Shown here piece by piece: positions 18,206 to 27,440 of a DNA stretch of 64,000 bases (the stretch's first letter is position 1; the number at the start of each line of letters is the position of its first letter). The position numbers and the translations under genes were made by a program. Source of the DNA: a virus. The notes under the pieces were generated by a model. The model was not told the DNA's origin and ran no database searches. It was given only the letters and a program-made list of their open reading frames with translations. The DNA lies in IMG/VR virus record IMGVR_UViG_3300034066_002191; one strand, given 5' to 3'.

Positions 18206-18764
18206 ATAGTAAATTTCCCTTATTGTCAGTTATTTCATAGTAAGTATATTTAAACTTTACTTCGGCAGTAAAGTATTCGGCATCATTATCAGTAGCATCA
18301 AATAATAGTGTAGTTAAATCATATGGAAACAAATCGTAAAACTTTACTTGAAAATTTGGTCTTTGACTACTAGTTAAAACTTGTAGAGTCCCATCTGAAT
18401 ATAAATTTAATGTTGAGTTTATTTTTGTATCTATTTTTTGATTTTGTCTCTGTAATGTATATATCTGGTCCAATGATTCTGGATAACCAAGACCTCTAAT
18501 CCAATTTTGAATTTCCATGTAATTTTCTAATCCTTCATCTACTAAAAAGCGTAGATTGAAATCTTCAAATTTTATCTTATCTCCTGGTTGAGCAATATCT
18601 TTTAGATATGTAGGTTGATTTGCTATTCCCAAACTCAAAGAAGGTATATTAGCAGTATTTGAAAAAAATGCTACTTTTGGCGATCTCGTGATAGTAAATC
18701 TAAATTGTGTTGGAGATAGAAAATTTCTATTTTGTATTTGATTACTAAATGCGTTTCCGGCCAT
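18192..18764 (-). CDS. gp3: Tail completion / tube terminator protein
   Basis: NRNFLSP, PGDKIxFEDFNLRFLVDE.LENY, FKYTYY. Confidence 0.85.
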   Translation of the reverse strand: MAGNAFSNQIQNRNFLSPTQFRFTITRSPKVAFFSNTANIPSLSLGIANQPTYLKDIAQPGDKIKFEDFNLRFLVDEGLENYMEIQNWIRGLGYPESLDQIYTLQRQNQKIDTKINSTLNLYSDGTLQVLTSSQRPNFQVKFYDLFPYDLTTLLFDATDNDAEYFTAEVKFKYTYYEITDNKGNLLYEYQ

Positions 18765-18773
18765 TTTTTCTAC

Positions 18774-18781
18774 TATTTATA
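18774..18781 (-). promoter_or_regulatory. T4-type late promoter
   Basis: TATAAATA 9 nt upstream of the gp3 start. Confidence 0.8.
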
Positions 18782-18790
18782 CTTGGTAAT

Positions 18791-18816
18791 AAAAAAGGGA
18801 CCCGAAGGTCCCTTTT
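18791..18816 (-). terminator. UUCG-tetraloop terminator after gp23
   Basis: GGGACC-TTCG-GGTCCC followed by T6. Confidence 0.9.
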
Positions 18817-18835
18817 GGAATTTATACAAGAAGAA

Positions 18836-20260
18836 TCACATTAGGTTCTTAACTTGTACTCTACGATAGTAGCGGTTTGAATTGATTTGTAGACGACCCA
18901 AACCTTGTGCAGTTGCATCACCTTCAGCAAATGGATTCGCTACCATTCCGTAGCGAGTCTTGAATCCAATTTTTGGCTGGAAGGTGTTCTCGCCAACAGC
19001 ACGAACCATTTGGAGAGGAACATAAGGGCAGTAGAATAGACCAGCATCATAGGGGGAAGTACCCTTATAGCCGACAACATAATACTGACCACCATCAGCG
19101 CCAGGATTGGTACCACCAGAATAAGGATCGATATAAACACGATACTTACCCATTAGAACACCAGCAAAAGTATTACCAGTGTCATCTACATTTAGGTTAG
19201 CATTTAGTGCAGGGGTGTAGTCGAGTACGCCTGCCATGGTTAGAGCAGAAGCAACATCAGAGGAGCACATGATCACATTACCCTTTCCTCTACGAGTTCT
19301 GATTGCAATTGCGTTTGCATCACGCTCGATTTGGAAAAGTAGACCCTTGAACTTCTCAACAGACCAACGACCATTGGAGTCGATATCTAGGTCAAATACA
19401 CCTGCGGTAGCAACATTAGTTGCAGCGCCTTGCTCAGCTACCTTGTAGATAGTTCTGATTACTTCGCGGTTGATCTCAGCAAGAATCTCGGTGGAGAGAA
19501 TATTTGCGAGTTCTGCTTCTGCGTTTAGACCATGGATAGCCTTTAGATCTTGTGCAAGCTCTAAGCTATACTCGGCCTTTAGTGCTCTAGACTTTGCTTC
19601 AACTAGGATTTTCTCGATAGAGAAAGCCATTTCGTTGAACTGGCCACCATTAGAAGCGCCGAGAGCCTCAGCATCACCAGTCTTCATTGCCTGGCCAACA
19701 TTATAGCCAAGTGAAGATGCGGTACCAACTGGGTTTAGAATTCCAGGATTGCTTCCAGTTTGTCTTCCACCTGTAGTACCTAGACCAGCAATAGCATCAG
19801 TTGCATTGGTTGCACTGTTGTTTGCATTGGTACCAGAGAATGCAGTATTTACTTCATTATAGAAGGCTTCGGTTCCGCTCTGGTCGTTGTAGCGTGAACG
19901 CATTGCGAAAATGAGTCCAGTAGGACCAGTCATTGGTTGTACGCCAGCTAGGTCATATGCGACCAAGTTAGGCATGGAACGACGAATTAGGCTGATTAGT
20001 ACAGGATCAAAACCAGCTACAGGGCCACCAGCGGTAGCATTACCACCAAAAGCGCCACCAGCGCCAGCAGCATTACCTGAATTAGTTGGTGATTCCATTA
20101 GGACACCATGAGAGAAGGCTTGTTCTTCTCTTAGGAATTTTTCTTGGTTTTCGAGCAAGACAGCGGTTACTGCTTTACGATGAGAATCTCTGATTGGATC
20201 AAGACCATCATAGTTGAGAAGCGGTGCCCACTTTTCTTGCAGATGCTCGGATTGGAACAT
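18836..20260 (-). CDS. gp23: Major capsid protein
   Basis: KWAPLL, DPVLISLIRR, GVQPMTGPTGLIFAMRS, SRALKAEYSLELAQDLKAIHG, FQPKIGFKTRYG. Confidence 0.98.
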   Translation of the reverse strand: MFQSEHLQEKWAPLLNYDGLDPIRDSHRKAVTAVLLENQEKFLREEQAFSHGVLMESPTNSGNAAGAGGAFGGNATAGGPVAGFDPVLISLIRRSMPNLVAYDLAGVQPMTGPTGLIFAMRSRYNDQSGTEAFYNEVNTAFSGTNANNSATNATDAIAGLGTTGGRQTGSNPGILNPVGTASSLGYNVGQAMKTGDAEALGASNGGQFNEMAFSIEKILVEAKSRALKAEYSLELAQDLKAIHGLNAEAELANILSTEILAEINREVIRTIYKVAEQGAATNVATAGVFDLDIDSNGRWSVEKFKGLLFQIERDANAIAIRTRRGKGNVIMCSSDVASALTMAGVLDYTPALNANLNVDDTGNTFAGVLMGKYRVYIDPYSGGTNPGADGGQYYVVGYKGTSPYDAGLFYCPYVPLQMVRAVGENTFQPKIGFKTRYGMVANPFAEGDATAQGLGRLQINSNRYYRRVQVKNLM

Positions 20261-20313
20261 TTGCTTTTACCTCTTAAAAAATGTGTTTGTTTTTGTTTGA
20301 TTTAATGTTAAAA

Positions 20314-21483
20314 TCAGTTGTTAGCCAACATAGAAAGGGCTTTCATGTATGTGCCCATCGATGGGGAATAATCCTCAGCAGATGAGACTACACCTTCTGA
20401 AAGGGTTTCAGGTTGAGCAGTTGGAGATGTAGTTCTAGTTGGGAAATATGATTCCCTTAAAGTCCCCAATTTTTCACGATATTCTTCTTCACTTTCAAAC
20501 TCAACACTTTCGGCAAGTGAAGCGAGCTTTTCTTTCTGAGTGATGGCTAAACCATCAGATACTACATCAAAAATTCTATCAGCAACCGACTCTGAGAGTC
20601 TTCTGTTGAGTTGAATATTTCTCTCAATTTGCTCGTTGAGTTTTGTCTCCATTTCATCAAGTTTTTCTACCATATTCTCAAGTACATCATATTTTTCTTC
20701 AGGGAGTTGTACATAATGTTCTTCAAAAAGATTCTTGAGGTTGCTCAAGAATGATTCACTTAGTTGCTCTTTAATGCCATATTCAATAGCAAGAGTATTT
20801 TCTTGCATCCACTCATCAGCAACATACTCTAGATAAGAATCTACACGCTCTTGTAGTTCTTCTTTCATAGAGCTTACCTCTTCGTATAAGCTTTCTTCAT
20901 ATGCTTGTTGGTACTGTTCATCAAGCACCTCACGAATTTCATTTACTTTACTGCGAAGAGCAGCCTCAAAAATTATTTTTGCTTTATCTTTGAATTCTTC
21001 TGAAAGATCTTCTCCTTGGACGAGAGCTTGAACATCTGCTTCGATGTCAAATTCTTCTTCTAATTCTTCCTCCTCATCATCTTCATCATCTTCTAGATCT
21101 TCGTCGTCTTCTAGATCTTCGTCGTCTTCCTCTACTTCTTGTTCTTCGTTGAGTTCGTCCTCATCAATTTCTTCTTCGTCTTCAGCTTCCTCTTTTACTG
21201 CCATTGTTTTCATGGCTTCGGCAGCTTTTGCCTTTGAATTTACTACATCACTCACACTCTTAAGTGTTGCAGCAGGATCTTTAATTTTTGCTGAGTCGTC
21301 GTCAGACTTGTAATTTTCTGGTGTAGGTCCACCAAGATCTTCCCAACCAGTGGCACTCTGGCCATCAGGAATACCAGTTGTTAGATGTGGCATTGGCTCT
21401 GCTGGTTTTGCACTTGCATTTACAGCAGATTTGGATTGCTTTGTGCCTACTTCCATTTCTTGTAAGTTTTTTCCACGAGACAT
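20314..21483 (-). CDS. gp22: Prohead core scaffold protein
   Basis: Acidic coiled coil, IFEAAL, YLEYVADEW, LRESYF; lies between gp21 and gp23. Confidence 0.93.
   Translation of the reverse strand: MSRGKNLQEMEVGTKQSKSAVNASAKPAEPMPHLTTGIPDGQSATGWEDLGGPTPENYKSDDDSAKIKDPAATLKSVSDVVNSKAKAAEAMKTMAVKEEAEDEEEIDEDELNEEQEVEEDDEDLEDDEDLEDDEDDEEEELEEEFDIEADVQALVQGEDLSEEFKDKAKIIFEAALRSKVNEIREVLDEQYQQAYEESLYEEVSSMKEELQERVDSYLEYVADEWMQENTLAIEYGIKEQLSESFLSNLKNLFEEHYVQLPEEKYDVLENMVEKLDEMETKLNEQIERNIQLNRRLSESVADRIFDVVSDGLAITQKEKLASLAESVEFESEEEYREKLGTLRESYFPTRTTSPTAQPETLSEGVVSSAEDYSPSMGTYMKALSMLANN
21089..21129. repeat. 18-bp tandem repeat encoding EDDEDL in the gp22 acidic tract
   Basis: TCTTCTAGATCTTCGTCG twice plus a partial copy. 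Confidence 0.8.
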
Positions 21484-21521
21484 TTGAACTCTCCGATTTA
21501 GCTATGTATTAAATCTATATT

Positions 21522-21529
21522 TATTTATA
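21522..21529 (-). promoter_or_regulatory. T4-type late promoter for gp22/gp23
   Basis: TATAAATA. Confidence 0.8.
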
Positions 21530-21539
21530 ATTTATGAAA

Positions 21540-22184
21540 TTACAAAGAATTTAAAAATTCATCAAATAATTGAATTTTTCTTTCATCTAGTTGTTTTGTG
21601 TCAACTAGATGATTTATTTTTTTCTTAGCATTTTCTAGTAACCAAGAATTTCTTGATACATCATATATCCATTCAACTCCTTCCATGATCCCATTTACAA
21701 ATGCATCAGGAGCGGAAGGATCTGCAACTATGTCAGCAGCAGTAGCCAACATAAAATCATCAGAGACATAACGAACACCATTTCTTTCTACTAGTGAACC
21801 AATTCCACGAGAAGAAACTCCTAGTTTTACTCCTTCAGAAATCAAAGAAGAAGCTATCTTACCCATTGGTGTATCTAGAATTTTTGCTTTGCCGACAAAG
21901 TTATTTCCATCTTCTCTCAAAGATGTGATCATATGAGAAACTCTATCTAGATTTACTGTTGGTCCATCTGGGTGGCCCAACTCACCTAAAGCTCTTCCTT
22001 TTGAAATGTAATTATCAGTATATCTAGTTACTTCTCTGGCAAGAGTTTCCATCGGGTAACATCTACCATTACGATTTTTTATATCAGCCTGAAGGAAAAT
22101 TCCCTCTATATAAAGAGATTTTTTTCCATTTTTTTCTTCGGTGATAAATTTTACCTTAGAAATTTCTTCTGTGATTAGTTTCAT
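21540..22184 (-). CDS. gp21: Prohead protease
   Basis: NRNGRxY, ALGELGHP, GVSSRGIGS, DIVADPSAPDA. Confidence 0.96.
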   Translation of the reverse strand: MKLITEEISKVKFITEEKNGKKSLYIEGIFLQADIKNRNGRCYPMETLAREVTRYTDNYISKGRALGELGHPDGPTVNLDRVSHMITSLREDGNNFVGKAKILDTPMGKIASSLISEGVKLGVSSRGIGSLVERNGVRYVSDDFMLATAADIVADPSAPDAFVNGIMEGVEWIYDVSRNSWLLENAKKKINHLVDTKQLDERKIQLFDEFLNSL

Positions 22185-22188
22185 TTTA

Positions 22189-22455
22189 CTAGTTGGTAAA
22201 TCCTACTTTCGCTGCTTTAATTGCTGAAGAAGTCCAAATTACATCAGTTGGAAGTTTTTCTAAAAACTCAACTGAATTTCCTGGCATTGAGAAATAATTA
22301 GTTGTTGCTGCCCCAACAATAGTTGAGACTCCAACTGTAACTATTCCAGAAGTATTATTGTGAAGACGAACGCAAGTAGCCTTTGTAATACTACTTGCAC
22401 CACCAGCGGTTATTACCGTGGAAATTTCAGTCTCAATTATTTTGGTTCTTTGCAT
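22189..22455 (-). CDS. Hypothetical late protein
   Basis: 88-aa ORF preceded by the late-promoter-like GATAAATA (22480-87). Confidence 0.75.
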   Translation of the reverse strand: MQRTKIIETEISTVITAGGASSITKATCVRLHNNTSGIVTVGVSTIVGAATTNYFSMPGNSVEFLEKLPTDVIWTSSAIKAAKVGFTN

Positions 22456-22474
22456 TTTTATGATAAAGTTCTTA

Positions 22475-22615
22475 TTAGTTATTTATCAATTTATCTTTGT
22501 TCAATCCACAGTTCAGAATTGCGAGTGCTTTTTTGTTAGTATTAAGACTTGTACAAACAAGAGTATAAGTATCACTGATTGTTCCAATACCACTTATATT
22601 TGTTTGAATTACCAT
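22475..22615 (-). pseudogene. Frameshifted C-terminal relic of a paralog of the upstream 642-aa protein
   Basis: Reads SGIGTISDTYTLVCTSLNTNKKALAILN, then WIEQR* if one TG is removed; aligns with the upstream C-terminus TLVCASNTAGADVFASLDWEEISR*. Confidence 0.6.
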
Positions 22616-22617
22616 AA

Positions 22618-24546
22618 TTATCTACTAATTTCTTCCCAGTCCAGGGAAGCAAAAACATCGGCACCAGCAGTATTAGATGCACATACAAGTGTTAGTTCAT
22701 AAGGAGTTCCAGTCAGTCCATTTCTTTCTAACTGAAACTTAAATAGTGCTTCTTTCAGAATATCTACCGATGTGGAAGATTGATTGGTTGATGAGAAGAA
22801 ACCAGATGCTAATATTCTTCCACCACTCACGGTTCCTCCATCAATCTTATATTCCACTGCACTATCAACACCAGCACTGACCCAAGTGCCTCCACTTGTA
22901 GTTGCTGATGCTCTCACTTGCCAGTTGTATTCTGGTCCATTTCCAATACCCATCAGTGATAGTGCGGTCAAAATTACAATCGCATCTAATCTATTTGGAG
23001 AAGTTTTGAGACGAATAGAAATAACTGGATAATAAGTTCCCGCAGGAGAAGGTAAATCTACTGGTGCTGTAATTGGAGTATTTACTGCCTGTTGCAATCC
23101 ACGCAATTCATAACCACCTTCCGAAATTACGGTAGAGCAAACTTGTTTGAGTGTGCTGCTGCTTGTAGTAATTGCAGTATTAGCAATCTCATATCTCAAA
23201 GGTAATGATGCTGTTGTGATATAAGTTCCTTCAATTACATTTGCGTGATGGAATGAATGGCAGTGAATAAATTGTCCGTTGATTACAAATCCCATTCTTA
23301 CGGTTCCAAGTCCCAACCACTCAATATCCATCCACATAATTTGTGCTTTTGTGGTGTCTAATGTGATACCAGAAGCACCAGTTCCATCTAACCTATCAAT
23401 ATTCCAACTTGATTGTGCGACTCTGGTTGTGGTTGCGGTAGATAAACTTCTTTCTACAAAATATAAAGTATTCCCATCAAGTTCCAGATACATTCCATTA
23501 TCAGCACCAAAATATCCAACTCTTTGTCTTAGATTTGTTTTTGGTGCATTCATTACAAAAGTGTTTAAAACCAATAATGATTTTCCTGGTTGATATGAGA
23601 ATACTTTTGTTGTTTCTCTAATTGCAGAACAACCAGCAGTAGTTCCAATACCAATATTAATCAAACCTTGTGCTGTTACAAATCCAACTGTAGAACCAGT
23701 TCCTACAACTAAACTTTCCCAAAGATTATTGTCTCTATATCTGTGAGAACTATCAAAAAGTGTAAGTGGATTTGATACTCTCAGTCTTGCAAATGCATCA
23801 GTTTGAGTAGGTGGTAGAGTAACTGGCAATACTGCTGTTGTAGAAATTCCAACAGTTCCAGTTACGGGAAATGGATTAGAAGAACTTACTGGTGCATTAT
23901 TAACATTGATTGATATTTGCCCTGTTGTTCCAATTCCTACTGTTCCCTGAACTGTGACTGTTGAACCAATACCTGATACTGCGACTGTTGTGACTGGATT
24001 GGTTACATAGAAGGAAGTATTGGATATTGATACTGTATTTGCAATAGAAACAGTTCCTCCAACAGTTACAGAGGTGACTGGATTTAAGACATAAAAACCA
24101 GTATTTGCAATTGATACTGAACCACCAATTCCAGTTACATAGAATGAAGTATTGGAAATTGAAACCGATGAACCAAAACCAGAAATATAAAAACTTGTAT
24201 TAGATATTGCTACGGTATTCAGTAATGAAGAAATGCCAACTGGAAGATATGTAAGATTTAGATTTACTGTTCCAACACCAACTGGAAGATATGGAACAGT
24301 TAAAATGCTACTTATCCCAACTTCTGTGATGTGAGTATGAACTGGATTTTCTGGAGTGCTTGAAACATCTACAGTTGCTCCAATACTCACATCACCATTA
24401 ATCGTAATATTTGAACTTCCAAGAGATACTGGAAATGGATTTTCAAAAGAAACTGGATTACCATCTTTTGTGGCAATCATCGGTACTTCAAAAAGACTTC
24501 TTTCTTGATTTAGGAAGTCTTGATTAACTTTATTCCACTGTGCCAT
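22618..24546 (-). CDS. Putative virion structural protein with Ser/Thr/Val-rich repeats and a beta-rich C-terminal domain
   Basis: Repeats VSISNTSFY and YLPVG; DAFARLRVSNP, YQPGKS, DIEWLGLG; lies in the head gene cluster. Confidence 0.75.
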   Translation of the reverse strand: MAQWNKVNQDFLNQERSLFEVPMIATKDGNPVSFENPFPVSLGSSNITINGDVSIGATVDVSSTPENPVHTHITEVGISSILTVPYLPVGVGTVNLNLTYLPVGISSLLNTVAISNTSFYISGFGSSVSISNTSFYVTGIGGSVSIANTGFYVLNPVTSVTVGGTVSIANTVSISNTSFYVTNPVTTVAVSGIGSTVTVQGTVGIGTTGQISINVNNAPVSSSNPFPVTGTVGISTTAVLPVTLPPTQTDAFARLRVSNPLTLFDSSHRYRDNNLWESLVVGTGSTVGFVTAQGLINIGIGTTAGCSAIRETTKVFSYQPGKSLLVLNTFVMNAPKTNLRQRVGYFGADNGMYLELDGNTLYFVERSLSTATTTRVAQSSWNIDRLDGTGASGITLDTTKAQIMWMDIEWLGLGTVRMGFVINGQFIHCHSFHHANVIEGTYITTASLPLRYEIANTAITTSSSTLKQVCSTVISEGGYELRGLQQAVNTPITAPVDLPSPAGTYYPVISIRLKTSPNRLDAIVILTALSLMGIGNGPEYNWQVRASATTSGGTWVSAGVDSAVEYKIDGGTVSGGRILASGFFSSTNQSSTSVDILKEALFKFQLERNGLTGTPYELTLVCASNTAGADVFASLDWEEISR

Positions 24547-24549
24547 GAA

Positions 24550-24867
24550 TCAAATCCACTCTAGTTTTGATGGGTGATATCTTTGTGCGTTTTTAATATT
24601 GAAATTCTTTTCCTCTGCAGGATAAATTTGATGAACAATTGCCCCAGGATATTGTCTCTGAAGTTCTTCACCAAGTTCTTGTTTAGATGGTAAACCAGAT
24701 CTAGTTACTAGTTCTAGTCTATACAAACTACCTTGCCACATAACATCTGCAACATAACTCTCGCCAACCTGTTGAGGTTGTTCTGGTTGAGAATTGATAT
24801 AGAGATTTCCAGTAAAATCGCCAGCAATATTAACCGATTCAGATATAAATTGCTTGAATGATTTCAT
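24550..24867 (-). CDS. Putative internal head protein with capsid-targeting sequence; start corrected to 24867
   Basis: Begins MKSFKQFISE, like T4 IPIII MKTYQEFIAE; ATG lies 1 nt after the stop of the upstream small ORF. Confidence 0.7.
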   Translation of the reverse strand: MKSFKQFISESVNIAGDFTGNLYINSQPEQPQQVGESYVADVMWQGSLYRLELVTRSGLPSKQELGEELQRQYPGAIVHQIYPAEEKNFNIKNAQRYHPSKLEWI

Positions 24868-24868
24868 A

Positions 24869-25021
24869 TCAATCTTCTTCATTATCAAATAATGAAGCAG
24901 CAACTGCAGGTCTAAATCCGTTTATTTTATCTGATGACTTTTGATAAAGAATATCCTTGATTTTATCACTAATCTGTGAAGGAGATTCGTCAGAAGCAAT
25001 CATATCCATTAAGTCTTCCAT
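24869..25021 (-). CDS. Small acidic protein (gp67-like position); absent from the ORF track
   Basis: MEDLMDMIASDESPSQISDKIKDILYQKSSDKINGFRPAVAASLFDNEED* (50 aa); CTAAATA at 25047-53 upstream. Confidence 0.75.
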   Translation of the reverse strand: MEDLMDMIASDESPSQISDKIKDILYQKSSDKINGFRPAVAASLFDNEED

Positions 25022-25055
25022 AAAATTAAAAAATGTATGTTTTTATTATTTAGAT

Positions 25056-26738
25056 TTAAATTTCCCCACCTTTTGGCGGTTCTACTATTTTTTCATTTGC
25101 TTGAGGTTCGATTGGTACTTTTCCCAACTCGCCTTGTACATTATCTCCAATTTCTAATGGTATACCAGTATTTGGATCTACTGGTATACTAGGATCTGGT
25201 ATTATTCCTTTTTGTATTTCTTTTTTAATTAATTCGTCTTGTTCTACTATTTCTTGGTCGGTTTGTCTCAATATATTTCTTCTCACATAATCTTGGGAAT
25301 AATATTTTCCAATGTAAGGTTCAGCCATAGAAAGCATATTTAACCTATCAGTCATGAGCTCAGAGTTTTTCAATTCTGCAAAATGGTTATCATAAAGAAA
25401 ATCATATTGTATGTGTTCATTCATTTGATTCCAATCTTCTGGAGTAATGATATTTTTTAGTATCAATTGAGTTTTTAGCATATCACTAAACATATTAGAA
25501 AATCTTTTTCTGAGTCTTCCTACAAATTTGCTGAATTTTAATTCATCACGAAGAATCTCAGAAGATCTACCTAGATTGAACCCACCTTCTCCATCAATTC
25601 TAGAAGATGGTACATTTAAAGATTTGTATAATTTGCTCTGGAAGTAATTGATATCAGTTATTTCTCCTAGATTTTGTCCACCAGGTAAAGTGTCAATTTC
25701 TGTTCCTCTACCACCTTCACGACGAGGGAGCCAAAAATCTTCTAACATGCTCATAAATTTTTTATCATCACGAATTTCTCCAGTGGATGCATCATAAACT
25801 AATTTATTACGATATCGCATCATGACATCACGAAGATATTGTTCTGCCTTTACTTTTGGTAAGTTGCCAACATCAATATAAAAAATTCTACGCTCTGGTG
25901 CACGAGATAAACGATAAATTACCAAAGAATCTTCAATCATTCTTAGTTGATTGAGAGCCTTGATTGCCTTATTCAAATAGGATAATGTAGTTCCTTTATT
26001 TCTATCTACTAATCCAGAAGTACAATAAGTAATTGCATCTTTTGCTATTTTAACTCCTCTGTCTGGAGATGCTGTCCCCATATTTGCAATACCACCACCA
26101 ACAGGATATGAACTTTTTGGATCATATATGAAATATTCTTCTATCTCTGGGAATTTAAAATTCATTGGATTTTGATCACCAACCAATGGATTAGTCATTC
26201 TTGGTGAATTTTCTTCCTTTTTATTTTTTTTCTCTTGTCTCACATAACGCATTTTCATGGAATCTATATATCTCAATTCTTGAATTCCATCATGTGGCCT
26301 TTTCAGATCTATTACTTTATGGTAATATAATCTTCCATCAATGTACCAGTTTCTGTATATTTCGTGAGCTTTTTTGTCAAAATCCAATAGTTCTAGTATG
26401 TACTTAAACTCTTCTCTTATTTTCTGCTTTAGTCCATCACTTGCATTTAAGTTTGATAATTCAATTTGGATGGGAGAATCATTAGTATCTGATACTATTG
26501 CCTCATTTACTATATCTTCAATAGCACTATCAACTTCTGGGTGAAGTGCCATTTCTCTATATCTTTTGATTAAATCAAATTCGGTTCTATATACTCCTTC
26601 AATATCTACATAAGATCCAAAAAAACCGCTAGTCAAATAGTGATCAACCCCATCCTCGTCATTGCGAGGAATGGGGGACAATGTAGATGGGGATATTTTT
26701 TCAGAGTCTTCAATCGAAAAACCAAACAATCTAGCCAT
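25056..26738 (-). CDS. gp20: Portal vertex protein
   Basis: HPEVDSAI, IYRLSRAPERRIFYIDVGNLPK, EDFWLPRREGGRGTEI, EILRDELKF. Confidence 0.97.
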   Translation of the reverse strand: MARLFGFSIEDSEKISPSTLSPIPRNDEDGVDHYLTSGFFGSYVDIEGVYRTEFDLIKRYREMALHPEVDSAIEDIVNEAIVSDTNDSPIQIELSNLNASDGLKQKIREEFKYILELLDFDKKAHEIYRNWYIDGRLYYHKVIDLKRPHDGIQELRYIDSMKMRYVRQEKKNKKEENSPRMTNPLVGDQNPMNFKFPEIEEYFIYDPKSSYPVGGGIANMGTASPDRGVKIAKDAITYCTSGLVDRNKGTTLSYLNKAIKALNQLRMIEDSLVIYRLSRAPERRIFYIDVGNLPKVKAEQYLRDVMMRYRNKLVYDASTGEIRDDKKFMSMLEDFWLPRREGGRGTEIDTLPGGQNLGEITDINYFQSKLYKSLNVPSSRIDGEGGFNLGRSSEILRDELKFSKFVGRLRKRFSNMFSDMLKTQLILKNIITPEDWNQMNEHIQYDFLYDNHFAELKNSELMTDRLNMLSMAEPYIGKYYSQDYVRRNILRQTDQEIVEQDELIKKEIQKGIIPDPSIPVDPNTGIPLEIGDNVQGELGKVPIEPQANEKIVEPPKGGEI

Positions 26739-26768
26739 AATTTATTTTCGTATATTATCTTATATTTA

Positions 26769-27407
26769 TTACTTGATAATATTGGTAGATCCAGCCTGAT
26801 CTGCTGTTGTTTCTCCAGCAGTCCAGTAAAGAATTTGGAATTCTACGGTATAAGTTTCAATATCATCTGCAGTATCATATGAAAGATCGATCTGACTCAC
26901 ATTAGTTGGGAAAATCTGATAAAATTTATATGTTCTAAGTGGTGTTAATGGCCCACCATTTGCATCACTGAAGTTAGATGTAGATTCCTTAGAAGAACCT
27001 CTTCCAAGTTGGTAGACATATGCATCGACCATATATGAATTTGGGTCTGTAGCACCAGTTGCATTTTCCAACTTATTAATGTGATTCATCCACTTCTCAA
27101 ATGCAGTTCTTAGTCTGAAGTTTTCATCATTTATGATAGTAACAGTCCATGGATCGAAAGTTCTATCACCAGCTACTTTCAGTGTACGGCCCCTAAATGG
27201 CACATCTATTGGATTGACATTAGAAGCTGGTAGGGCAGCAGTTTTACATAAAAAACTAAATAACTCAGATTCTTGTCCGGCCCCAGTTCCCCAATTAGAA
27301 GAAATTGCTGAAGGAAATGCAGGAATACTAACTTCGAATAGATTAGGACGAGCACCACCACCAACTAATTTGGATTTAAATTGAGAGATTGTTCTTAATT
27401 GTGACAT
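26769..27407 (-). CDS. gp19: Tail tube protein
   Basis: GGARPNLFEV, VPFRGRTLKVAGDRTF..WTVT, IETYTVEF. Confidence 0.95.
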   Translation of the reverse strand: MSQLRTISQFKSKLVGGGARPNLFEVSIPAFPSAISSNWGTGAGQESELFSFLCKTAALPASNVNPIDVPFRGRTLKVAGDRTFDPWTVTIINDENFRLRTAFEKWMNHINKLENATGATDPNSYMVDAYVYQLGRGSSKESTSNFSDANGGPLTPLRTYKFYQIFPTNVSQIDLSYDTADDIETYTVEFQILYWTAGETTADQAGSTNIIK

Positions 27408-27440
27408 TGTTAAATTCTCCTTTTGTAGTCGATTTTAAAT

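Noticed and set aside
21044-21313. Poly-Ser plus-strand ORF
   Set aside because: Antisense reading of the GAA/GAC-rich acidic tract of gp22.
24868-24903. Track start (24903) for the 117-aa ORF
   Set aside because: It overlaps the 50-aa ORF at 24869-25021; the ATG at 24867 gives the targeting-sequence-like N-terminus.
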